Part shown: in pieces, positions 48,812-58,319 of the stretch
How the letters are laid out: the number at the start of each line of letters is the position of its first letter
Numbering within the stretch: the first letter of the stretch is position 1
NCBI GenBank assembly: GCA_963723515.1
Contig: CAVRQT010000003.1
Span: 102,010 to 166,009, forward strand
DNA: 64,000 nucleotides
Direction: 5' to 3'
Origin: Vulcanimicrobiota bacterium
GTDB lineage: Bacteria; Vulcanimicrobiota; Vulcanimicrobiia; Vulcanimicrobiales; Vulcanimicrobiaceae
Translations under genes and position numbers: made by a program
Notes under the pieces: generated by a model
Told to the model about the DNA's origin: nothing
The model's input: only the letters and a program-made list of their open reading frames with translations
Databases searched by the model: none

Positions 48812-49225
48812 CTATGGCTTCGGCGGATGCGCCGGACGCACGTGGCGCACCATGTGCCGGTGTATCGTCATTGTGCCGCTTGTATCGGGACCCGGATTAC
48901 GCGCAAACTTCGAAAGCCAGCTCGGGCCGTTTGGATTATCGTTGAGCATATTGGTACCCGCCGGCTTTCCGTTGTACGTGGGAACGCCTGGATTCATCGT
49001 CCCGCTCGGAGTTGTTGTGTTGGGCGTCGTGTTCGGGTTCGTCGTGGTCGTTGGAGTCGTGTTCATGTTCTGATCGGGACTCGATGTGTCGGTCGGCGCT
49101 GGGGTCTGTTGCGCTACTTGAAGCGTCGCTGCGCTTGAGGCTTTGGGAACCGCGCTCCAGCACATGAGTCCGATAAGCGCAACGGCAAAGGCCCCTGCCG
49201 CAACGCGAAGCAGTGAAATTCTCAT
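48812..49225 (-). CDS. secreted low-complexity Thr/Asn/Pro-rich protein
   Basis: Signal peptide MRISLLRVAAGAFAVALIGLMCWSA, then ...TPAPTDTSSPDQNMNTTPTTTTNPNTTPNTTTPSGT.... No homology recognised. Confidence 0.55.
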   Translation of the reverse strand: MRISLLRVAAGAFAVALIGLMCWSAVPKASSAATLQVAQQTPAPTDTSSPDQNMNTTPTTTTNPNTTPNTTTPSGTMNPGVPTYNGKPAGTNMLNDNPNGPSWLSKFARNPGPDTSGTMTIHRHMVRHVRPAHPPKP

Positions 49226-49329
49226 CTATTGATTTCCTCGCATGAAAAACGTTGGACTTCAGGCGTACCCGTTTCTGGTAGGAAGGCCACGCATCAGCCG
49301 CTCGGCTGGTTGGCAACCGGTGGGTTCAG

Positions 49330-50490
49330 TCAGCTTACATTGGCGGTGGCCGGAGCGAGAAACTCGCCATGCACGACCTTGCCGCCGACGATCGTGCCGA
49401 TCACGTCAAACGCGCCGTCCCAAATCGAAAGGTCAGCGCGCATGCCTTTGCCGATCAAGCCGATGTCGCGGGCGAGGCCAAGCATCTGCGCCGGAGCCTG
49501 CGTCGCAGCGCACACCGCCCGCTCGAACGGCAATTCCGTGTACTCCATATAGTTGCGAACGGCTTGATCGATCTTTAAGGCGCTTCCCGCGACGGTGCCA
49601 TCTTCGACGCGAACGAGTCCCCCTTCAATATGAAGCCCCGGACCGGAGGCCGGCATGTGATCGGTCGCAAGCACAACGCGGTCGCCGACCGTGCGCCGCA
49701 AGATGTCTACCATCGCCGGCGCGACATGGTAGCCGTCGCAAATAACTTGCACCGCAGTGCGACGATCTTGGATGAAGGCAGCAAGCAACGACGGATCGCG
49801 ATGATCCAACGGCGGCATCGCGTTGAAGGCGTGGGTCAAACTGCGAAAACCTAAACCGATGGCGAGCATGCCTTCGCGATAGCGCGCTGACGTGTGGCCG
49901 GCGGAACAGACGACGCCGCGTTCCAGAAAAAACCGCGCAGCGTCCGTCGCGCCCTCGACTTCGGGCGCCATCGTCACCATGAGCACTGCGCCTTTGGAGG
50001 CATCATGCAATGTCCGCGCAGCATCAACGCTCGCCGGCCGGATCCATTCATGGCGATGCACCCGCCTGAATTTCGGATTGATGAACGGCCCTTCGAAGTG
50101 GATCCCGAGACATCGTGCTCCAATCGGTGCTGTTTCTTCGAGCGTGTGCGCGGCTTCAGCAATCTCCCCCGCGGCATGCAACATCGACTCCCATGGCGCG
50201 GTCATGACCGAAGCGACAAACGCTGTCGCGCCTTGCCGCGCGTATTCCAGCGATGCAACCGCGACCGCATTTCCTTGATCGCGGTTGAAGAGAAATTCGC
50301 CGGCGCCGTTGGTGTGGACATCGATTAGGCCGGGCGCGACGGTGGTCTCGGGCGGAAGCGTAAAATCGACCACTCCGTCTGGCGCCAAAACCTCTGCGAT
50401 CCTGCCGTGTTCGATGACAAGACGGCCATTAGCCAAAGATCCGTTTCCGAATGCGAGACGCGCTGGCCCAATGCAATAACGGTCCGGCAC
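49330..50490 (-). CDS. nagA: N-acetylglucosamine-6-phosphate deacetylase
   Basis: GTG 50490, 5 nt after the upstream stop. GLIDVHTNG, HFEGPFINP, AGHT, DGYHV and LATD motifs. Confidence 0.8.
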   Translation of the reverse strand: MPDRYCIGPARLAFGNGSLANGRLVIEHGRIAEVLAPDGVVDFTLPPETTVAPGLIDVHTNGAGEFLFNRDQGNAVAVASLEYARQGATAFVASVMTAPWESMLHAAGEIAEAAHTLEETAPIGARCLGIHFEGPFINPKFRRVHRHEWIRPASVDAARTLHDASKGAVLMVTMAPEVEGATDAARFFLERGVVCSAGHTSARYREGMLAIGLGFRSLTHAFNAMPPLDHRDPSLLAAFIQDRRTAVQVICDGYHVAPAMVDILRRTVGDRVVLATDHMPASGPGLHIEGGLVRVEDGTVAGSALKIDQAVRNYMEYTELPFERAVCAATQAPAQMLGLARDIGLIGKGMRADLSIWDGAFDVIGTIVGGKVVHGEFLAPATANVS

Positions 50491-50495
50491 TAGCT

Positions 50496-51845
50496 TCAGC
50501 TGCCGATCAGCGCGAGCGCTTCGTCGCGATGCTTCTCCATGAGTTCTTTCGTATCGCCTTCCACGTTGAGGCGCAGCAGCGGTTCGGTATTCGATGGCCG
50601 CACGTTCATCCACCAATGCGGATATGAAATCGTCACGCCGTCGAGGTGGTCGATTTGCGCATCTTTGTAATGTTCTTCGATCTGCTTGAGCTTCGCCGGA
50701 ACATCTTCCACGTGGCTGTTGATCTCGCCCGAGCGAAACCGCGTGTCGATCGGCGCGATCACTTCGCTGACCTTCTTGTTTTGCTCGCTGAAAAGCTCAA
50801 GGCACTGCATGAGTGCAATCATTCCCGAGTCGGCGAACCAGTTATCTTTGAAGTAAAAGTGGCCGGAATGCTCACCGCCAAAGATCACGTCGTTCTCGCG
50901 CATCGTCTTCTTGATCAGCGAGTGGCCGACTTTGGACCGCAACGGCTTGCCGCCGGCGCGTTCGATAACTTCGGGAACGCTGCGACTACAGATCAAGTTG
51001 TAGAGAATCGTTGCGCCCGGATGTCGCTTGAGCGTATTGAGCGCGACGATCGCGGTGACCATGTCGCCACCGATGAGATTCGCCTTCTCGTCGACGATGA
51101 ACATCCGATCCGCATCGCCGTCGAACGCAGCGCCGAGATGGCAGTTGTACTTGAGGACGGCAGCTTGCAAATCGCGCATGTTTTCCGGTTCGATCGGGCT
51201 CGCCGGATGATTCGGGAAGCTGCCGTCGAGCTCGAAATAGAGCGGGATGACTTCGCAGGGCAGCCGCTTGAAGACGTGCGGCACCGTCTCGCCGGCCATT
51301 CCGTTGCCGGCATCGATTGCGATCCGAAACGGCTTGATCGCCGAGCGATCGACGAATGAAAGACAGTGTTCGGCGAAATCGTCGAGGATGTTGCGCGCCG
51401 TCACCGTTCCCGGCGTCGGCGCATCGGGCGGGAGGTCGCCCGAGAGAATGCGATCGCGCATCGTGGCAAGCCCAGTCTCGAGGGAGAGCGCTTGCGCTTC
51501 TTCGCGCGTGAATTTCATGCCGTTGTATTGCGCGGGATTGTGCGAGGCCGTGATCATGACGCCGCCGTCATAGCCATACTTGCCGACCGCGAAATAGAGT
51601 CCATCGGTTGAGGTCATTCCAACGTCGACAACGTTGGCGCCGGCGCGCGTAACACCGCGCGCGAACGCGGAGAATAAACGCTCGCCGGACGGTCGCATGT
51701 CGCGGGCAACAGCGAATGTTTTTGGACCGAGCAGGCCCACAAACGCCCGACCAATGTCGCATGCCACATCGTCGTTGAGTTCTGACGGATAAACGCCACG
51801 AACGTCGTAGCTCTTGAAAATTGAGGCGTTCAGCTTTGTCTGCAT
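50496..51845 (-). CDS. phosphomannomutase / phosphoglucomutase (alpha-D-phosphohexomutase)
   Basis: Active-site TASHNPAQYNG, metal loop FDGDADRMF, and the GEHSGH sugar-binding loop. Confidence 0.85.
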   Translation of the reverse strand: MQTKLNASIFKSYDVRGVYPSELNDDVACDIGRAFVGLLGPKTFAVARDMRPSGERLFSAFARGVTRAGANVVDVGMTSTDGLYFAVGKYGYDGGVMITASHNPAQYNGMKFTREEAQALSLETGLATMRDRILSGDLPPDAPTPGTVTARNILDDFAEHCLSFVDRSAIKPFRIAIDAGNGMAGETVPHVFKRLPCEVIPLYFELDGSFPNHPASPIEPENMRDLQAAVLKYNCHLGAAFDGDADRMFIVDEKANLIGGDMVTAIVALNTLKRHPGATILYNLICSRSVPEVIERAGGKPLRSKVGHSLIKKTMRENDVIFGGEHSGHFYFKDNWFADSGMIALMQCLELFSEQNKKVSEVIAPIDTRFRSGEINSHVEDVPAKLKQIEEHYKDAQIDHLDGVTISYPHWWMNVRPSNTEPLLRLNVEGDTKELMEKHRDEALALIGS

Positions 51846-51922
51846 CCGGTTCTCTTAACGCGCTTTCGGAGGTCCAAATCGTGAAACCTATGCGGCGTTT
51901 TCAGCCGCAGCGGTAGGTCAGA

Positions 51923-53302
51923 TTGCGGAGCTTTCAGGAAGTGTTGCGAGGCGCCGGTGCATTGACCGCAACGGCGATCCTTGCCTTTGGACTCTTCATT
52001 GCCGTAAACAGCACGCTCGCGACGCGCGCAACGATCCGTGCAGCATTCGACCGCGAGCGCCAGATTCAAAGCGCGCAGCTTGCGCTTTCCCAACTCTTGA
52101 AGTTGCAACTTGATGAAGAGACATCTGTGCGTGGTTATACGATCACACGCGAACCGGTCTTCCTCGACCCCTATTACTCCGCGAGCGTTCAATTTCCACC
52201 GCTCGACCACGCCGTAGGCAGCGTTTTGAGGCAAGAGCACATGGATGAAGCGAGGGCGGCGCTCACGGAATTCGATCAGACACACGATGAGTGGCATCGG
52301 TTGGTCGCTGAGCCACTGATCGCCCATCCGAGCACTGCGTTCGCCGTCGACTTGGCGAAGCGTGGTAAGGCGCTCATCGACGCCGAACGCAACGATGCCG
52401 CCGACATGCAGATGCTGCTCACGCAGCGCGACGATCTGCTCCGGCGCGAAACCCAAGATGAAATCAACCGTACAGGTTACTCCCGTGCCGGCTGGCTCGT
52501 CGCCTTCGGTTTGATTGCACTCCTTTTCAACGCCTACCAATCCCGGTTGACGCGAGAGCTCGAGCAAGAACGTACGACAACGGAGATCCTGCAGCGCGCA
52601 TTCCAAAGCGAATTTGAACCGATCCCGCATGCGGATGTCGGCAGCGCCTACATTTCAGCCACGCGGCATGTTGCCGTTGGGGGCGATGTCTTTGATTTGT
52701 ATCGCATGAGCGACCGGTTGGCGCTGATGTTGATTGCCGACGTCAGCGGAAAAGGCGTGGATGCGGCCGTCATCACTGCGTTCATTAAATTCACAATTCG
52801 CGGGATCGCGCTGCGGCGGCATGATCCGGCCGACATTCTCGCTGAATTCAACACCGCGTTCCAGCAAGCGGTCGCGAATCCCGATCTCTTCGTTTCAATG
52901 CTGGTAGGCGTGCTGGACGTTGAGAATCGCACGCTCACCTATGCAAGCGGCGGCCATGATTCCGCCTATTTGAGACGCGCAAAGGGTGCGGTGGAATCGT
53001 TGCCGGTGACGGGACCGATTCTCGGAGTGATGGAGCAGCCGTTTGCAAACCGGGTCGTGCAGCTCGAGCCGGGCGACGTGCTGCTGCTGGCGACCGATGG
53101 CTTGACCGAATCGCGCGACCGGCAAGGACAGCAGTTGAATGAAAGCGGCGTCCTCTCTTGGTTAGCGCAGGCAGATGGCGGCCCGCAGCAGATAGTCGAT
53201 CGATTCATTGCGCGCGTACGCAAACGTACCAGCAATCGGTTGAGCGATGATCTCGCGATGCTGGCAATTCGTATGAACGGTGATGGGGCTTCTGTTGCTT
53301 AA
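51923..53302 (+). CDS. CHASE3-type sensor / PP2C (SpoIIE, RsbU-like) protein phosphatase
   Basis: TM helix, then a periplasmic region with the CHASE3-like pattern (LLKLQLDEETSVRGYTITREPVFLDPY), a second TM, then the PP2C core (GGDVFDL, LIADVSGKGVDAA, ASGGH, LLLATDGLTE, DDLAML). Confidence 0.7.
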   Translation: MRSFQEVLRGAGALTATAILAFGLFIAVNSTLATRATIRAAFDRERQIQSAQLALSQLLKLQLDEETSVRGYTITREPVFLDPYYSASVQFPPLDHAVGSVLRQEHMDEARAALTEFDQTHDEWHRLVAEPLIAHPSTAFAVDLAKRGKALIDAERNDAADMQMLLTQRDDLLRRETQDEINRTGYSRAGWLVAFGLIALLFNAYQSRLTRELEQERTTTEILQRAFQSEFEPIPHADVGSAYISATRHVAVGGDVFDLYRMSDRLALMLIADVSGKGVDAAVITAFIKFTIRGIALRRHDPADILAEFNTAFQQAVANPDLFVSMLVGVLDVENRTLTYASGGHDSAYLRRAKGAVESLPVTGPILGVMEQPFANRVVQLEPGDVLLLATDGLTESRDRQGQQLNESGVLSWLAQADGGPQQIVDRFIARVRKRTSNRLSDDLAMLAIRMNGDGASVA

Positions 53303-53699
53303 GCGCTCCGTCTTATTCTTGACGATCGTGGTGCTTTTGCCGATCGCCTCGCAGGCGGATTGTTCCAATATGCCGGGTAGCCAAATCGCGTTGTTTTCGA
53401 GCAATTACGACCCGGATGTCCTCGTTTGGGACACGCGTCGCCGTCTCTTGAGCTACGCAAGCGACTCGTATCGCCTTGCCAAGCTCCTACTGCCGCATGC
53501 GATCCTTGCGCGCGCCGGTACGCTGGCGGTCGTGACGTTGTGTCAACGCAACGCGATTCGTCAAAAATTTCACACGTCGCCGAGCGACGTCGTCAACGTG
53601 CGCATGACAAACGGCGAATATCGCGGCCGCTCCGGGTGGGTGATGGTGGACGACGTTCACGTCATTGGTGATCGCGCGACGCACCGGCGTCATCCTTAG
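53280..53699 (+). CDS. secreted protein of unknown function
   Basis: 139 aa with signal peptide MMGLLLLKRSVLFLTIVVLLPIASQA. No motif recognised. Confidence 0.5.
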   Translation: MMGLLLLKRSVLFLTIVVLLPIASQADCSNMPGSQIALFSSNYDPDVLVWDTRRRLLSYASDSYRLAKLLLPHAILARAGTLAVVTLCQRNAIRQKFHTSPSDVVNVRMTNGEYRGRSGWVMVDDVHVIGDRATHRRHP

Positions 53700-53735
53700 T
53701 AGGGCTATCCGGACTGCGGCGGGTATAGCGGCGAT

Positions 53736-54593
53736 ATGGTCGTTGCAACGCGAGAGAAGCTCACCGGCCTGGAATTGCACGCGAATTCCGTGCGTCAAAA
53801 CATCATTCGTTCGCTGCTTTCCGCCGGTTCCGGTCACTCCGCCGGACCGCTCGACATGGCCGACATCTTCACGGCGCTCTATTTTGAAATATTGCGACAC
53901 GATCCGAAAAATCCGCAATGGGAAGATCGCGATCGTTTGCTGCTCTCCTGCGGTCACATCGCGCCGGTTCGTTATGCCGCGATGGCCGAAGCCGGTTACT
54001 TTCCAACCGAAGAGCTGCTCACGCTCCGAAAATTTGGGACACGGCTTCAAGGGCACCCCGAGCGCGTGCGATTGCCGGCCGTTGAGACGACCTCAGGTCC
54101 GCTGGGCGAAGGGCTCGCACAGGGAACCGGCATGGCCGTCGCCGCCAAGCTGGACCAGAAGAGCTGGCGCGTGTACGTCGTTACATCGGATGCCGAGCAC
54201 CAATGCGGACTGCATTGGGAAGCGGTCATGACGGCGGGCAAGTTCCGGCTCGATAATCTCATGAACATCATCGACCGCAACTTCATTCAGATCGACGGCA
54301 ATACGGAGGCCGTCATGCCGCTGGAGCCGCTCGCGGACAAATACCGCAGCTTCAATTGGGAAGTCTTTGAATGCGACGGTAACGACATCGCCGAGTTCTT
54401 AGCGACCGTCGAGCGCGCGCAGAAGATCAAAGATCGTCCGAGCGTCATCATCGCGCACACGATCCCCGGCAAAGGCGTCTCGTACATGGAAGGCGATTAC
54501 ACGTGGCACGGTAAGCCGCCGAATAAGGAGCAGGCCGACCAAGCATTGCGCGAATTGCAAGCCGAGCGCGAGCGGATCATCGCGCGTGGCTAA
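53736..54593 (+). CDS. transketolase, N-terminal (TPP-binding) subunit
   Basis: GSGHSAGPLDMADI, VTSDAEHQCG and the IDRNFIQIDG motifs of split transketolases. Confidence 0.85.
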   Translation: MVVATREKLTGLELHANSVRQNIIRSLLSAGSGHSAGPLDMADIFTALYFEILRHDPKNPQWEDRDRLLLSCGHIAPVRYAAMAEAGYFPTEELLTLRKFGTRLQGHPERVRLPAVETTSGPLGEGLAQGTGMAVAAKLDQKSWRVYVVTSDAEHQCGLHWEAVMTAGKFRLDNLMNIIDRNFIQIDGNTEAVMPLEPLADKYRSFNWEVFECDGNDIAEFLATVERAQKIKDRPSVIIAHTIPGKGVSYMEGDYTWHGKPPNKEQADQALRELQAERERIIARG

Positions 54594-54601
54594 GACGATC
54601 G

Positions 54602-55589
54602 ATGCTGCCGCGACGATGCAGCTCGTCAACTACCTGAGAATGCGGAGATCAAGCAAGTCCCGACGCGTAACGGCTTCGGCGAAGGATTGATCGAAGCCGG
54701 AAAAAGCGATCGCAATGTGATTGGCATTTGCGCCGATCTCTCGGAATCGACGCGCATGGAAGGCTTCAAAAAGGCCTTGCCGGAGCAGTACATCGAGATC
54801 GGTGTCTCGGAGCAGTTGCTCGTCGCGATGGCGGCGGGTCTCGCGAGTACCGGAAAAATTCCCTTCATCGCAAGCTACGCGATGTTCAATCCCGGGCGTT
54901 CCTGGGAGCAAGTTCGCACGACAATGGCGCTCAACGAGACGAACGTCAAGATTGCCGGTGCACACGCCGGCGTCTCGGTCGGACCGGACGGTGCGACGCA
55001 CCAAGCGATCGAGGATATCGCAATCATGCGCGTGATTCCAAACATGACGGTCGTCGTGCCGTGCGATTCGGCGCAAACGAAGAAAGCGACGCTCGCAGTC
55101 GCCGAGCGTTGGGGACCGACGTATTTGCGGTTCGGCCGTGAAAAATCGGCGGTCATTACGACCGAAGCAACACCGTTTGAAATCGGCAAGGCGCAGGTCT
55201 TCCGCGAAGGCAACGACGTCGCGATCGTCGCCTGCGGCATTCTCGTCTACAATGCACTGATTGCCGCCCATCAACTCCAACAGGAAGACGGCGTCGACTG
55301 CACGGTCGTCAACAACCATACGGTCAAACCGATGGACGATCCGTTGATCTTGGAGGTTGCGCGGCGTTGCCATACCGTCGTCACCGTCGAAGAGCATCAG
55401 CAGGCGGCCGGAATGGGCTCGCGCGTGGCAGAGCTTTTGGCGCGCGAACATCCGGTGCCGATCGAGTTTGTCGGCGTGGCCGATGCGTTCGGGCAATCGG
55501 GCGACCCGATGGAATTGATCGAGTATTACGGCATGGGGACCAACTCAATCAAAGAGGCGGTTCGCCGCGCCTACGCGCGCCGGCACTAA
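54602..55589 (+). CDS. transketolase, C-terminal (pyrimidine-binding) subunit; N-terminus probably shifted by an indel
   Basis: PTRNGFGEGL, FIASYAMF and HAGVSVGPDGATHQAIEDIA. Homology starts upstream of the ORF-track start (54687) in a frame with no start codon. ATG 54602 lies one frame off, consistent with a 1-nt insertion between 54610 and 54650. Confidence 0.75.
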
Positions 55590-55593
55590 CACA

Positions 55594-56550
55594 ATCACAG
55601 CGCTCCGCAGCCTCGCGGTCGTAACGCTCGCCGTTATACTGTTGGCTGCCGCGCCGGCGTGGCATGAAGAAAACGCTTCCGTCGTTGTGCCGGGCGGAAT
55701 GCTTTCGGGCACGTTGACGATTCCCTCAGGCAACGGACCGTTTCCGGTTGCGCTTGTCATTGCCGGTTCCGGCCCGACGGATCGTGATGGAAATGGACCT
55801 TTGGCGCGTACCGACGCGTACAAATTGTTAGCCCACGAACTCGCCAATCGCGGGATCGCGACGCTGCGTTACGACAAACGCACCGTCGGGACGAAGCGTT
55901 ATGCCGGGCATTCATGAAGCGGACCTGCGTTTCGATATGTTCGTTGATGACGCGCTTGCCTGGCTGGCGTTTCTGCGGCACGACCCGCGGTTCAAGACGA
56001 TATCGATCGTCGGGCACAGCGAAGGCTCGTTGATCGGCATGTTGGCCGCGCAACGCGACGGCAATGTCGATTCCTTCGTTTCGCTTGAGGGCGCGTGGCC
56101 GCAACGCGGCCGATGTGCTGGTCGAACAGGCGCGCGAAGGAGGTGACGCGAGCGTCGTTGCGACGGTGCAGCAGATCACGAGCGATTTGCGCGCCGGCAA
56201 AACCGTTAGCAACGTCGATCCGTCGCTTTATCTGTCATATCGGCCGAGCGTTCAGCCCTATCTCATCTCTTGGTTCCGATACGATCCGGCGACCGAAATC
56301 GCCAAGCTCCATTTGCCGGTTTTGATCGTCCAAGGCACAACCGATTTTCAGGTCGGTCGTCGATCGATGCGCAGCGCTTGAAAGCAGCCGATCCGGCGGC
56401 GAAGTTAGCCTCATTAACGGGATGAATCACATTTTGCGCACTGCCCCCGCCGACCGAACAGCAAACATTGCGACCTATAATCAGCCGTCACTGCCGCTCG
56501 AACCCGAACTCGTTGACGCGGTTGCGGGCTTTATCACCAATCCGCGTTAG
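55594..56550 (+). pseudogene. secreted alpha/beta hydrolase, at least 4 frameshifts
   Basis: The pieces are ORFs 55642..55917 (GPFPVALVIAGSGPTDRDGN), 55901..56146 (nucleophile elbow IVGHSEGS), 56064..56381 (LPVLIVQGTTDFQV) and a final frame ending ...INGMNHILR...GFITNPR at TAG 56548-56550. A signal peptide TALRSLAVVTLAVILLAAAPA precedes the first canonical start. Confidence 0.6.
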
Positions 56551-57315
56551 GCTTCGGAAAGACTCGCACCGAGCCGTCCGCTAAGCGGATCGATTCCATC
56601 GGCAAACCGTAGGCCCGTCTTCGAGGACGTGCGTCTCAGTGAAATCGCGCGTCGTTGCCGTCGAGAGCACACTGCCCTCGCCTAATACGACGATCCGGTC
56701 CGCAAACTCGAGCGCTTCGTTGAGCTCATGAAGGACGCAGACAATCGATCTTCCTGACGCCCGCTGTTCGCGCAAGAGCGCAAGAATATCGCGTGCGACA
56801 TGGACGTCCAAATGATTCGTCGGCTCATCCAGCAGCATGACCTGCGGCTCTTGCGCTAACGCGAGCGCAATCCAGCAGCGTTGGCGTTCGCCGCTGGAGA
56901 GCGTCACGAAGAGCCGATGTGAGAAATCGCGCAAGCGGACGGCCTCCAATGCCGCCTCGATTGCGCGCGAATCTTCCGGCGTCTCGCGCCAATTGAACCA
57001 CGCATGATGCGCGTAGCGGCCATTGGCGACGACGTCGCGGACGTTGAGCATCTCCAGCATCAGTTCATCGCTTGCGACATAGGAGATGGCACGGGCGCGT
57101 TCGGTCGCGGAATAATCGGCTATTGTTCGGCCACCGATCTCAACGACGCCGCTGTAGTCGCGATGCAATCCGCAGAGCGTGCGCAGGAGCGTCGTCTTTC
57201 CGACGCCGTTTCGTCCTAGAATGGCGACGAACTCGCCATCGTCCACCGTAAGATTGAGATGCTTGAGTAACGTCCGCGCTGCGATGCGAATTTCCAAGTC
57301 GCCGACGACGATCAT
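56547..57315 (-). CDS. btuD: ABC transporter ATP-binding protein (BtuD/FecE-like); 3' end shifted by an indel near 56612-56616
   Basis: ATG 57315 (MIVVGDLEI), Walker A GRNGVGKTT, signature LSSGERQR, Walker B MLLDEPT. The rest of ORF 56581..58131 is an out-of-frame shadow over the permease gene. Confidence 0.75.
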
Positions 57316-58294
57316 ACTTGCACGAGCGCGCTGTCGCGAAAGTAAAGGTAGAGAAACGCCGGCACGCCGATGCACGCCAAGAGAACGCTCAGCGGAATTT
57401 CGATGGGAGCGAACAGCGAACGACTTGCAGCGTCCGCAAGCGTCATGAAGGCCGAGCCACAGAGCGCGCTGAGCGGCAAGACAACCCGCATATCGGATCC
57501 GCCGATGCGCCGCGCAATATGCGGCACGATGAGTCCAACGAAGCCGACGATGCCGCTGAGCGCGACGGCGCTTGCCGTTAAGAGCGCGGCGGACCCGAGG
57601 GTGATCCATTGCGCCCGATCGACCTTCACGCCAAGCGCGGCTGCGCGCATGTCGCCGAGGCGCAGAACGTTGAGCGCCGGCACTGCGATCGTCGCGCCGA
57701 CCGTGCCGACAACCAAGTATGGCACCGTCCACTGTAGATCGTGCCACGTTCTTCCTGCTAGGGAGCCGGCGAGCCACGAGATGATCGTCTCGGCGTAGCC
57801 GCCTTGTTGAAGGCGCGTGAGCACGAGCGCGACGATTGCCGAAAAGAGCGCCGACAACGAAACACCGGCCAAGATCAAGCGGTTCGCGTCCAGACCACTG
57901 CCGCGACGCGCCAGCGTTGCAACAAGAATCGCCGCGCCCAGACCCGCGCAGAAGCCGAACGCCGGAACGAATGGCGCCGCGATGCCTGAGGCGACCGCAA
58001 TGGCAATCGCAGCCGCCGCACCGGCGCTGACGCCGGTCAAATACGGATCGACGAGCGGATTGCGCAGCATCCCTTGCAAATGGCGCCCGAGATGCCAAGC
58101 GCCGCGCCGACGATCGAGGCAAGGATTGCACGCGGCAGCCGTAAGCTCCACAAAATCGTCGCTGCGTCGCTTCCGGAGTTCGGATGTTCGAGCGCCAGCA
58201 GCAGGTCGTGCAGCGAGATTTGCGTCGCGCCGACCATTCCTCCGATCAAAATCGCGATAACGAGCGCGAAAATTGCTGCGCCTAGCCGCAGCAT
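57312..58294 (-). pseudogene. btuC: FecCD/BtuC family ABC permease, 1-nt deletion in a T-run (58078-58080)
   Basis: ORF 58037..58429 (from MLRLGAAIF...LRLPRILASIVGAALGISGAI) joins ORF 57312..58151 (LQGMLRNPLVDPYLTGVSAGAA...GFVGLIVPHIAR...) if one T is added. Confidence 0.75.
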
Positions 58295-58319
58295 CACATA
58301 AGCGGCCGTGCTCGCCGGC

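Noticed and set aside
56581-58131. 516-aa ORF suggesting a large N-terminal extension on the ABC ATPase
   Set aside because: The first ~270 aa are Arg/Ala/Gly-rich and overlap, out of frame, the well-conserved FecCD/BtuC permease gene. The ATPase starts at ATG 57315.
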